From NCBI RefSeq assembly GCF_964213995.1, contig NC_135818.1, positions 74,772,001-74,836,000 of the forward strand: a DNA stretch of 64,000 bases, in the 5' to 3' direction. Within the stretch, counting starts at the first letter, position 1. Each line of letters opens with the position of its first letter. Both the position numbers and the translations under genes were made by a program. The stretch comes from Mustelus asterias (Eukaryota). A model generated the notes under the pieces. It was not told where the DNA came from. It saw only the letters and a program-made list of their open reading frames with translations, and did not search any database. This document shows positions 13,038 to 24,284 of the stretch, piece after piece.

Positions 13038-13450
13038 AGAGACGATGGCCTAGTGGTTTTATCGCTGGGCTATCAATCCAGAAACTCAGCTAATGTTCTG
13101 GGGACCCAGGTTCGAATCCTGCCGCAGCAGATGGTGGAGTTTGAATTCAGTAAAAAATATCTGGAATTAAGAATCTACTGATGACCATGAAACCATTGTC
13201 GATTGTCAGAAAAACCCATCTGGTTCACTAATGTCCTTTAGGGAAGGAAATCCTTACCTGGAGTGGACTATATATGATTCCAGAGCTGCAGCAATGTGGT
13301 TGACTCTCAACTGCCCTTGGGTAACAATGGATGGGCAATAAATGCTGGCCAGCCAGTGACGCCCATTTCCCACGAATGATGTGACTCAAGAGCCACAGCA
13401 ATGTGGTTGGCTCTCTACTGCAACCAAGGATGGGCAATAAATGCTGACCA
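13038..13450 (+). mobile_element. tRNA-derived SINE family 2 with duplicated 3' part
   Basis: Full copy followed by a second GTGACTC..AGAGCCACAGCAATGTGGTTG...GATGGGCAATAAATGCTG. Confidence 0.85.
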
Positions 13451-13629
13451 CGGGGATTCCAAAGTCGGTTCCAGATGAGGGTCCTGACCACACATTTACT
13501 GTAACAAGGCTTGCCCACCCAGCCAAACCGGCTGCCTCTGGGCCTGCTATCTAATTAAGGAAGGGTTCCTGATGTTGGTGGCTCTGACACCTCAGCAGTG
13601 CCAATGGGAGACAGGTTGGTAATCTTGGG

Positions 13630-13888
13630 CAAAAAACAGAAAAATGCTGGAAAATCTCAGCAGGTCTGACAGCATCTGTGGAGAGAGAGTAGAGCCAACA
13701 TTTCAAGTTTAGATGATCCTTCATCAGAGCTGGGTCGTCTAGAGTCAAGCTATGTCATCTAGACTGAGCTCTGATGAAGGGTCATGCAGATTCGAAATGT
13801 TGGCTCTACTCTCCCTCCACAGATGCTGTCAGACCTGCTGAGATTTTCCAGCACTTTTCTTTCAGATTCCAGCATCCGCAGTATTTTG
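13630..13888. mobile_element. Palindromic Penelope-like mini-element with hammerhead motifs on both strands
   Basis: Inverted arms; CTGATGA (13771-13777)...CGAAA (13793-13797); 13-bp TSD TGGTAATCTTGGG at 13617-13629 and 13889-13901. Confidence 0.75.
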
Positions 13889-14426
13889 TGGTAATCTTGG
13901 GGCTGCTTTCAAGTTGATAAAGTAAAAGTAAAGTATTTTGGAGCTGGCAATCAGAGGAGAAACCCTCCCTGAGGTGGCACGGGGTCTTTGGCTCCTGTGG
14001 GCACAGGGAGATTGGCTCCATTAAACTGACAGACACCCAATATGGCGGCAGCTGGGAGGGGACAACACTGCTAGCGAAATGCCAGTGGACCTAACCTAAG
14101 AATCGACCCTAAGTGGGTCCTTAATTATTTAACTTGGCTGTTGGTCCCACCACTTGGCTGGGAAAATCCTGCGACAAAGAATGGAATGGAACAATGTTAA
14201 ATACAGAACAGGGAGTGAATCAAAATACACCAGCACTTATCAGAAACACAAGTGGAATGGACCACAGTGTTACAGCAAATGTCAGATACAAATCATGGAA
14301 CGGATCAAGCTTTTACTGTGAGCATCTGGTACAAAACATACAAAATGGATTAACTTGCTGCACCTATAGCTTCAGATAAAATGTACTTATTAGTCACAAT
14401 TAACACTGCAATTAAATTACTGTGGA

Positions 14427-14722
14427 GGCACAGTGGCACAGTGGTTAGCACTGCTACCTCACCTCGTCAGGGACCTGGGTTCGATTCCCGGTTTGGGTCA
14501 CTGTCTGTGCGGAGTCTGCACGTTCTCCCCGTGTCTGCGTGGGTTTCCTCCGGGTGCTCCGGTTTCCTCTCTCAGCCTGAAAGACGTGCTGGTTAGGTGC
14601 ATTGGCCATGCTAACTTCTCCTTTAGTGTATCCGAACAGGCGCCGGAGTGTGACGACTAGGGGATTTTCACAGTAACCTCACTACAGTGTTAATGTCTGC
14701 CTACTTCTGACACTAATATACT
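14427..14722 (+). mobile_element. V-SINE type B
   Basis: Head, V core, type-B tail. Confidence 0.9.
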
Positions 14723-14724
14723 TA

Positions 14725-14964
14725 AAATTTCCAAGTCGCCACACTCCGGCACCTGTTCGGGTACACTGAGGGAGAATTTAACATGGTTAATGCACCTAAC
14801 CAGCACGTCTTTCAGACTGTGAGAGGAAACCGGAGCACCCGGAGGAAACTCACGCAGACACGGGGAGAACGTGCAAACTCCACACAGACAGTGACCCAAG
14901 CCAGGAATTGAACCTGTATCCTTGGTGCTGTGAGGCTGCAGTGCTAACCACTGTGTCACCATGC
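14725..14964 (-). mobile_element. V-SINE type B, 3'-truncated, tail-to-tail with the previous copy
   Basis: Reverse complement of 14427-14670. Confidence 0.9.
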
Positions 14965-15380
14965 GATAGAAAAGGTAGAATGGATACTTTACTCCCTCAC
15001 AATTTTCTAGTATTGTTAGAGACACATAGTTAGCTGCAACTGATATTTGATCAACATAATCACTGTAATGCCCTGAGTAATCGTGATTCAACAGCACTGA
15101 AGATAATAGGAGTTTGATCCTGTGTCTGGGTGTGTACCTACACGAACAGGAATGTTTGATAACTGGAACCAAAGCAGGGAAAATTCAACAGGCTGAAAAT
15201 TGGAAATATTTTGCATATATGTAATGTTTTTAATGGTAATATCGCTCAGGAAAGCATGGTTAAATGGCTGGGTTTGGCACAAAAACAGCCAGGACAGGAA
15301 CATCGCAAGCCATCTCAAGGCAAATAGATTAAGAAAGCAATTTGTTCATCTTTGCTCACCCGTCCAGAATTAAAAACCCA

Positions 15381-15488
15381 GGGTGGAATTTTCCCATCGT
15401 AGCAGGCAAGACAGGACCATGCAAAGGTCCGTAGACCTCGAGGAGGGACTTTCTGGTCTTGGGGCGATGTGGCTGGAAAATCTCGCCC
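15381..15488. mobile_element. PIF/Harbinger-type MITE
   Basis: TIRs GGGTGGAATTTT / AAAATCTCGCCC, core GGTCCGT.GACCTCG. Confidence 0.75.
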
Positions 15489-15559
15489 CTAATATTGAAA
15501 GCAAATAGATACTGTTGATCATACTTTGGGCAAAGAGGTTCTCCCTGATATCATTTCCA

Positions 15560-15860
15560 ATGGTGCAGTGATTAGCACTGCTGCCTCACAGCGCCAGGGA
15601 CCCGGGTTCGATTCCCGGCTTGGGTCATTCACTGTGCTGGGTCTGCACGTTCTCCCCGTGTCTGCGTGGGTTTCCTCCGGGTGCTCCAGTTTCCTCTCAC
15701 AGTCTGAGAGACGTGCTGGTTAGGTGCATTGGCCATGCTAAATTCTCCCTCAGTGTACCCGAGCAGGTGCCGGAGTGAGGCGACTAGGAGATTTTCACAG
15801 TAACTTCATTGCAGTGTTAATGTAAGCCTACTTGTGACGCTGATAATAAATAAACTTTTA
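15560..15860 (+). mobile_element. V-SINE type B
   Basis: Head, V core, type-B tail. Confidence 0.9.
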
Positions 15861-16003
15861 AAAACTCTGCCTCCTCCCACAGATCACTCTCTGGCTTACA
15901 ATGTAGTCACCTCCTATTCCCTATGCACTCTGTCTTGTTAATATACGTGTGGAGATAATTTTCACTTTGCATGATCGTGTGAAACATGTATTGATTCTGA
16001 CTC

Positions 16004-16184
16004 GAAAACAGAAGATGCTGGAAAATCTCTGCAGGTCTGTCGGCATCTGTTGAGAGAGAATAGAGCCAACATTTTCGAATTTGGGTCATCCAATCTCCAC
16101 AGATGCTGTCAGACCTGCTGAGAGTTTCCAGCATTTTCTGTTTTTGTTTCTGATTCCAGCATCCGCAGTAATTTGCTTTTATCC
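16004..16184. mobile_element. Palindromic Penelope-like mini-element (centre deleted)
   Basis: Same arms as 13630-13888; 12-bp TSD TGATTCT(G/A)ACTC at 15992-16003 and 16185-16196. Confidence 0.75.
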
Positions 16185-16253
16185 TGATTCTAACTCTTTT
16201 TAATCTCTCGATTTACATTTCCATTGAAGTCACTGGTTTCGCACAATTACTAA

Positions 16254-16592
16254 TGCAGTGGTTAGTACTGCTGCCTCACAGCGCCAGGGACCTGGATTCA
16301 ATTCTGGCCTCGGGTCACTGTCTGCATGGAGTTTGTATGTACTCCCCGTGTCTGTGTGGATTTCCTCCAGGTGCTCCAGTTTCCTCCCACACTCCAAAGA
16401 TGTGCGGCTTAGGAGGATTGCTAAATTGTCCCTTAGTGTCCCAAGATGTGTGGATTTGCGGGATAAATATGTGGGGTTACAGGCAGAGGGCGAGTGTGGG
16501 CCTGGCTAAGATGTTCTGTCAGAGAGAGGGTGCAGACTCAATGGGCCGAATGGCCTCCTTCTGAACTTTTGGGGTTCTATGATTCTATGGCT
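16254..16592 (+). mobile_element. HE1-type V-SINE (type A)
   Basis: V core and tail ATGGGCCGAATGGCCTCCTTCTG...TTCTATGATTCTATG. Confidence 0.9.
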
Positions 16593-17089
16593 CTAACAGA
16601 ATCGAGGTTTGTGGGGATTGGGCTGGAGTGTGGAGTTGAGACAGAAGATCAGCCATGGCTGATTAATTGATTGGCAGACCATGTTCGAGGAGTGCTTTGG
16701 CTTACTCCTGTTCCTGTTTGTAATGTCCTTACATCCTTACGGTTTTCCGAGAGGAGGAGTATTCAGATAATAATGTTAACCCTCTCCTTTGAGAAACATT
16801 TATCCATCCCTGCAGCTCTCCTTCTGGCTGGTTGCAGATATGTGGGCAAAAATAACCTGGTAATGCTGAATGTGATAGGAGATACAATCATATCATTATG
16901 TCATTGTGTGCAACCATTACAAACTCCTCCAATCAATGTTGAATAAAAATAACTCTTACAAGGTACTTCACCGTACTCTCAATGCCCCTATCAATTAGAT
17001 CGCTGTGTAAATGGTAGCGGCTTTGTGAGAAAACCATTTTCCTTTTAACCATTTCCAGAATGGAAACTCAGCCGTCCATATCTTAATTC

Positions 17090-17810
17090 ACACCATTTTC
17101 CTTTCACCCTTCACTCCCAATGCTCACTGACCTACATTGCTTCCCAGTCAAATAGTACCTTGATTTTAAAATGCACACTGTTTCTTATCAAATCCCTCCT
17201 TGCTTTGTCTGTCTCTATCCAACTCGAACCTTCTGCAGTCCTCCAGCCCTCTGAGATCGTGAAGCTCCTCCAATTCTTGCCTTCTGTGCATCCTTGATTC
17301 TATTTGCTCCCCCTTGCAGTGGCCCAGACACTAAACCCTGGAATTTCATACATCTTCATCTCTCCTCCACACTGTCCTTTGTTAAGAGACTGCTGAAAAT
17401 GATCTCTTTGACCAAGCTTGTTGTCATCTGTCCCAATATCTTGTTCTGAGACTTTGGGTAGGAAATTTTCCCAAACCACCCACCACGGGAATCATACAGG
17501 CCATGCAAAGATCCATTGACCTCGGGTGTGGGATTTTCCGGTTTCGGGGCGAGCGCAGCCGGAAAATCCCACCCTTTGGCTGGAATGTCACCACCCTCCA
17601 CACCGGCTGGATTTTCCCATCCCGCTGCAGTGAACAGAGATTTGGTTGGGCGCCAAATTCTCCAACCACACTGCAGCGACAGCGTGCCGTGAATGGCCGG
17701 TAAGATCGCGCCTGTAGCCTCAGATTTTGTTTTGCTAATCACTCCTGCAATGTGCCTTAGGATGTTTTACCACATTGACGACACGATATAAATGCAATTG
17801 TTATCATTAT
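17090..17810 (+). mobile_element. Decayed L2-like LINE 3' end
   Basis: Ends ...GGATGTTTTACCACATTGA...TATAAATGCAATTGTT; similar to 26641-26858. Confidence 0.55.
17456..17712. mobile_element. Two abutting Harbinger-type MITEs of different subfamilies
   Basis: 17456-17574 and 17578-17712 flanked and separated by TTT / TTT / TGT. Confidence 0.75.
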
Positions 17811-18721
17811 TGTGACTACGTCTGTCTGGGAAGATAGATTTTACTAATGATTTGCTATTCGATTCATTAGGTATTGTGGGCTGGGTGGGGGTGAGGTGAA
17901 GCTGGGTGATGTTCAGAATGTTCGCTGAGGTGTCCGACATCTCTTCGTTTACAGTCCATCCGCCTGGTGGAGACTACCTGACATTGAAAGCCGTGGCGAA
18001 GGAGGAGTGGTGAAAAATCTGAAGAAAACGTAAACAAGTCAAACTGGCATCCATTTTACAGCTGTACTTAATTTCCCACTGCTTTAAACTTCCAAAGGCC
18101 TAAGGAAATTCTGGTTTCACTTATCCACTCTGAGGTATTTTGGGGGTTTTTTTTCGATTCTTCAATTAAGCGTTTAAAACATAACTTCTATTCCTACATG
18201 TTAATAAAAAATTATCGTAATTTTTCTATCACCTACTTCATTGAGAACCTACAGCTTTTTTAAATTTTAAAACACAATCGTTATTTTTTTCCCCCTAAAA
18301 ATTATTACTTTAGAAATGCTGCTACCAATCATGCGGGATTCATGTTTTGAAATCCGTCTTTTTACGCATTTCGTTCGCAAATCAACTGTTTTCATTACCT
18401 GCTCCCAATTCCTTCATTGCCTCTCTCTCAGTTCGCCTTTTTTTCAACATCTGCTCTCACATTTCTAACTCTCTCAATCCCAGAATGTCCAATCTCAACT
18501 CTTTCAAAATCATCTCCCTCAATTCACTTTGTTTACCCCCCTTCATCTCAATTCCCACCTCCTCAATTTATGCTCCCTCACTTCCTGCTCTGACAACCCT
18601 CACTTCCACTCTCCTCTATCCTCAGTTTGCCCTCCCTCAAAGCCACTGGTTCATTCTCCCTCATTCTTTCCGTGCACCCTCAGCCCTGCCTCAACATAAA
18701 TCTTGAATTAAAACTCCTAAC

Positions 18722-19205
18722 GGTAACCATGAAACCATTGTCAATTCTTATGAAAATACATCTGGTTCACTCATGTTCTTTAGGGAAGGAAATCTGCCAT
18801 CCTTACCTGATCTGGCCTTCATGTGACTCCAGAGCCACAGCAATGTAGTTGACTCTTAACTGTCCCCTCTGAGACACTCATTTCAAGGCCCAATTAGGGA
18901 TGGGCACTGAGACAACTCACCAAGGCTCCCTACAATAGCACTTTCCAAACCCACAACCTCTACCACCCTGAGTAACAATAGCAGCAGATGCATGGGAACA
19001 CCACTGTAAGTTCCCCTCCAGGCCATGCACTGTCCTGATTTGTTACTGGATCAAAAAACTGGGAGCTTCCCTCCCAACAGAACAGTGGGAGTACCTACAT
19101 CATGTAGAGTGCAGCAGTTCAAGAAGTTGCCTCACCGCCACCTTCTCAAGGGCACTTAGGATGGGAAATAGCTGCTGGCCTTGGCAGAAATGCTCATGTC
19201 CCATA
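18722..19205 (+). mobile_element. SINE family 2 3' half followed by a CR1-group LINE 3' fragment
   Basis: Matches 13180-13340, then the reverse complement of 8890-9200. Confidence 0.7.
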
Positions 19206-19369
19206 AAGCGGGTGGCATGGTGGCACAGAGGGGGGAGTCAGGATATTGAATTAGATGATCAGCCATGATCCAAAATGAATGGCAGAGCTCGATGGGCCAA
19301 AGGACCTACTCCTGCTTCTAGTTTCTATGTCAAAGAAAAGCACATCCAAATGATCCAAAATCTTCTCTT

Positions 19370-19612
19370 TAATAAGTTTCCATAACTTTACCCAAGGCGG
19401 GCAGCAAACTCATTTTTCTGTAGTTTCCCATATCACTTTTGCTACCTTCTTTAAAAACAGGAGTAACATCTGCCTCTCTCCAGTCCCCAAGCACCTTTCC
19501 AGTGTTCAGTAATTTCTGGAAGATTTCGATCAGGATTCCTGCAATTTCCTCCCTCGTTTCCTTAAGGAGCCTTGGGATGCATATTATCTGGCTCCTGAGA
19601 TTTATTGAAGTT
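19370..19612 (-). mobile_element. CR1 ORF2 fragment
   Basis: PRLLKETREEIA...DWREADVTPVFKEG...GNYR. Confidence 0.8.
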
Positions 19613-19818
19613 TGCACTGCTGGTTGGCAATTTTGCTGGTGATACTGTGAAGAATGTCACAACTTGCTTGTGCAACACCCTCAAGTTCCCCTTTCCGATC
19701 AAGTAGATAAATTGTCCCCCCTTTAGCAAATCATTGTGTTATCCACCAGGCGCACTTTAATTTAAGTTCAGATAGAGTTGGAATGTAAATTGGATCTTCA
19801 TACTAAAGCAGATACATT

Positions 19819-19935
19819 GGCTAAAATTTTACCGGGGTAAAATCGGGGCGGGTGAGGCTCACAGAACAGAATTCTCCGTTGGCTTCAGGCGGGATTTTAC
19901 CAGCCACGTCTGATTGAGGTCATAAAATTCCGGCC
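19819..19935. mobile_element. PIF/Harbinger-type MITE
   Basis: TIRs GGCTAAAATTTT / AAAATTCCGGCC, perfect TSD ATT. Confidence 0.8.
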
Positions 19936-20708
19936 ATTATATTTCAAAATCAGAGATATTTTTTAGATTAAACTCAGATTCCAAATCAGATGCATGGCTT
20001 GAGTAAAACAACTGATGATTTTATATTTAATTATAATTATCACCTTGTTTTAACTCGGATGAATTTATACAATAATTCTGGGATGTTTTGATTCTGAGCC
20101 AGGGATATTTTCACATTAAAATTCGTTCGAAATCAAACATTTTTTAATCCAAAATCAAACACTTTCACGTGATATAAATCTGATATCTCAGAAGTCAATC
20201 TTCAGACCAAACTATAAAGTAAAGCGAGCTACAGTTTTATAGGTGAAAGGAAATAAACCTTGGTTCTCTTTGTTCATCTCTGGACTTTCTCCTTATTAAC
20301 GTCATTTAAATTCTCATCAATATAAGAGAAGATAATTCCACTTGTGGGAGAGTCTAACAGTAGATGCTATAAATGTATGATAGTCATTTATAAATTCACA
20401 AAAGAATTCAGGGCAGCCTCCTTCACGGTTGGAATGTGGGAATTGTGATCGTGTAGAAGTTTAGGCAAATTGTTTGGATGCATTTCAGGTGGAGCGTGAG
20501 GGAGAAGACAATAGATGGACATATAAATGGGGGAAGTGGAATATAGTGGCAGGAGGCTTGTATAAAGACAACCGTAGACCTGTTCATCTCTCTCTGAGCT
20601 TTAAATGTACACCTTTTATGAACAGGATAAGTCACATCTCATCTTGCACTGAGGATTGGATGCAACCTGATATCTCTCCAAAGAAGCACTCCTGATTAAT
20701 CCAGAGGT

Positions 20709-21012
20709 GGGCGTCACAGTGGCACAGTGGTTAGCACTGCTGTCTCACAGCACCGGGGACCCAGGTTCGATTCCCGGCTTGGCCACTGTCTGTGCGGAGT
20801 CTGCACGTTCTCTTCTTGTTTGCATGGGTTCCCTCTGTGCGCTCCAGTTTCCTCCCACATTCCGATAGATGTGTTGGTTATGTGTTGGCCGTGCTAAATT
20901 CTCCCTCAGTGTACCCAAACAGGCGCCAGAGTGTGGCGACTGGGAGATTTTTACAGTAACTTTATTGCAGTGTTAATGTAAACCTACTTGTGACACCAAT
21001 AAATAAACTTTA
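20709..21012 (+). mobile_element. V-SINE type B
   Basis: Head, V core, type-B tail. Confidence 0.9.
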
Positions 21013-21338
21013 AATGTTAATTCCTGAGAGACGTTCAAAAAAAGGGAGAGACTGGGTGGTGTCATGTTTTAGCACATCACCATATTGCTCTGAATGTTCG
21101 GCTTGTATCCAGAAAGGAGAGAGTGGGAATAAATGGGCCATTTTCAGGTTGGCATCCGGTGACGAGTGAGATGCCAGGAGGATCAATGCTTGGGCCCCAA
21201 CTACTCAAAATCCATATCAACGACTTGGCTGTGGGAATTAAATGTAATATCTCCAGATGTCACAAAACCAGGTGGGAGATGGAATACAATGTGGAGAAAT
21301 GGGAGGTTATCCACTTTGGCAGGGAAAACAGGAACACA

Positions 21339-21474
21339 GGCCGGAATTCTCCAATGTCGTTCACCCTGCCACTGCTGCAGGTGAGATTGGAGAATTTGGC
21401 ACTCAGCCAAATCTCCATTCATAGAGGCGGGACCAGAGAATCCCAGTCACAGTCGAGGTCGGAGAATCCTGGCC
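21339..21474. mobile_element. Harbinger-type MITE (second subfamily)
   Basis: TIRs GGCCGGAATTCTCC / GGAGAATCCTGGCC; flanks ACA/ATG are consistent with an ACG TSD decayed at the CpG. Confidence 0.75.
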
Positions 21475-21589
21475 ATGGGGCATTTCTTAAATGGTGAGAG
21501 GTTGGGAGGTGTTGAACTTCAAATAGGTGTTCTTGTTCATGAGTCACTGAACGCTAACATGCAGCTACAGCAAGATGTTGGCCTTTATA

Positions 21590-22452
21590 GATATAGAAAC
21601 ATAGAAACTAGAAGCAGGAGTAGGCCATTCGGCCCTTCGAGCCTGCTCCGCCATTCATTTTGATCCTGGCTGATCATCGAAGTCAATATTCTGATTCCCC
21701 CTCTTCCTCTCATATCTCTTTAGCCCCAAGAGCTATATCTAATTTCTTCTTGAAATTAGACAATGTTTTGGCCTCAACTACATTCTGCGGTAGTGAATTC
21801 CACACATTCAATACCCTCTGAATGAAGAAATTTCTCCTCACCTCAATTCTAAAAGGTTTACCCCTTATCCTCAAACTACGTCCCCTAGTTCTTGACTCCC
21901 TCATCATTGGGAACATTCTTTCTGGATCTACCCTGTCTAAACCAGTTAGAATTTTATAAGTTTCCATGAGATCCCCTCTCACTCTTCTAATCTTCAATGA
22001 ATAAAGTGCTAACCGACATAGTCTCTCATAGAATCATAGAATCATAGAAACCCTACAGTACAGAAAGAGGCCATTCAGCCCATCGAAGCTGCACCGACCA
22101 AAATCCCACCCAGACCCTACCCCCACATCCCTACATATTTTACCCACTAATCCCTCTAACCTACTTATCTCAGGACACTAAGGGCCAATTTTAGCATGGC
22201 CAATCAACCTAACCCACACATCTTTGGAGTATGACAGACCTGCCATCCCAGGAATCAGCCTGGTAAACCTTCACTGTACTCCCTCTACAGCAAGGACATC
22301 CTTCCTCAGATAAGGCCACCAAAACTGCACACAATACTCCAGGCGTGGCCTCCCCAACAGCCTATACAATTGCAGCAACACATCCCTATTCCTATACTCA
22401 AGTCCTCTCGCTATGAAGACCAACATACCATTTGCCTTCTTTACTGTCTGTT
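21590..22452 (-). mobile_element. CR1 3' end inserted antisense into CR1, itself containing an HE1 tail (22027-22228)
   Basis: KKANGMLVFIARGLEY..RPRLEYCVQFW and RGDLMETYKILTGLDRV motifs. Confidence 0.9.
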
Positions 22453-23125
22453 GTACAAAAGGATTTGAGTACAAGAGTAAAGATACCCTACTGCAATTAT
22501 GTAGAACCTTGCTGGGATCATACCTCAAGTACTGTGTACAGTTTTGGTCTCTTTACCGAAGGCAAGATATACTTGCCATAGAGAGAATGCAACAAAGGCT
22601 CACCAGACTGATTGCTGTGCTGGAGGAATTGTCCCATAAGGAAAGATAAAATACGCAAAGACTCTATTCCCTGGAGTTTAAAAGAAGAGGGGTGATCTCA
22701 TTTAAACACTCAAAATTCTCACAGGGCTCGACAGGGTTGATAGGAACAAGGGAACATAGGAATTAGGAGCAGAAGTAGGCAATTCAGCCCTTCAAGCCTG
22801 CTCCGCCATTCAGTCAGATCTCTCTTGATGCAAGGATGGTGTTTCCCCTGGCTAGGGCTGTTAAGAACTAGGGGACAGAATCTAAGAATAAAGGCCAAGC
22901 CATTTGGACTGAGATGGGGAGGAGGTTCTCCACACAGTGGGTGATAAATCTTTGGTATTTTCTGCCCCAGACACTCAGTTGTTGAGGATGTTCAAGACTG
23001 AGATTGATAGATTTTTACATGTTAAAACCATTGAGGGATATTGCAGGAAAATGATGTTGAAATAGAAGATCAGCCATGATCTCAATGAATGGTGGAACAG
23101 ACTCAAAGGGCTGAACGGCCTACTC

Positions 23126-23432
23126 ATAGAATCATAGAATCCTACAGTGCAGGAGGAGGCCATTTGGCCCATTGAGTCTGCACTGACCACAATCCCACCC
23201 AGGCCCTATCCCCATAATGCCATGCATTTACCCGAGCTAGCCCGCCTGACACTAAGGGGCAATTTAGCATGGCCAATCCACCTAACCCGCACATCTTTGG
23301 ACTGTGGGAGGGAACTGGAGTGCCCGGAGGAAACCCACGCAGACACGGGGAGAACGTGCAAACTCCACACAGACAGTCAACAAAGCCCTGGTGCTGTGAG
23401 ACAGCAGTGCTAACCACTGTGTCGCCGTGCCG
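23126..23432 (-). mobile_element. HE1-type V-SINE (type A)
   Basis: Head, V core, CR1-type tail. Confidence 0.9.
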
Positions 23433-23774
23433 CCTACTTCTGCCCCTATTGTCCTTATGTTCTGTTTCAGACAGCTGAGACTTCCTTATGATAAGAGCTC
23501 CTAAATTATTGAGAATAGATATTCAAACATTGCTCATATTGCAATATAGGTTATTACTTCATTAACAATCTCATTCAGCGAAGAATGATTAGGAATATCA
23601 CACGATACATAGGAGTTGTCCAACTGAGGTTGGGTTTAACGATCTAATCGACACAAAGTAATGGGGGGTTTATTCTACATCGAACAATCTATGTGGGCTT
23701 AATGCATGCAGATAAAGTAAGTCTTATATTTATCATTTTTCTCACAATCATTTGTATCATGGATAGTGCATAGT

Positions 23775-24167
23775 GAATCATAGAATCATAGAATCATAGA
23801 ATAGAATCATAGAATCATAGAATAGAATCATAGAATCCCTACAGTGCAGAATGAGGCCATTTGGCCTATTGAATCTGCACCGACCATAATCCCACTATTG
23901 TCCTATCCCCACAACCTCAGATATTTACCCCACTAATCCCTATCTCTATAACCCCTGTATTTATCCTACTTGTCCCTCTGCCACTAAGGGACAATTTAAC
24001 ATAGCCAATGCACCTCACCTGCACATCTTGGGACAGCTGGTGGAAATCCACACAGACACAGGGAGAATGTGCAAACTCCACACAGACAGCGACCTGAGGC
24101 CAGAATTGAAGCCGGGTCCCTGACATTGTAAGGCAGCAGTGCTAACCACTGTGCCACCATGCCGCCC
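23775..24167 (-). mobile_element. HE1-type V-SINE with expanded (GATTCTAT)n tail microsatellite
   Basis: (ATAGAATC)n at 23775-23837 followed by the SINE body. Confidence 0.9.
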
Positions 24168-24284
24168 GAGTGACTTTCTACTTTTATGTCGAAAAAGCTG
24201 GCAGCCATTTTGAAAAAATATCCCATGTTTGACAATAGGAGGAATGGCCAATTGGTTTAAATTTTTGTGGAGTGTTGCTGTTGA

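Larger units (their letters stand above)
21118..23125 (+). mobile_element. Old CR1 LINE 3' part with nested insertions
   Basis: GINGPFSGW..MLGPQL, WEMEYNVEKWEVIHFG, YCVQFWS motifs; interrupted at 21339-21474 and 21590-22452. Confidence 0.85.

Noticed and set aside
14134-14379. ORF with an Ig C1-like look (WNG..SVTANV..SWNGSSFYCEH)
   Set aside because: No first Cys or splice sites; the W-N-G recurrence is explained by a degenerate ~43-bp DNA tandem repeat
23775-23837. Short direct-repeat array
   Set aside because: (ATAGAATC)n microsatellite from an HE1 tail; no spacers or cas genes, and the DNA is eukaryotic
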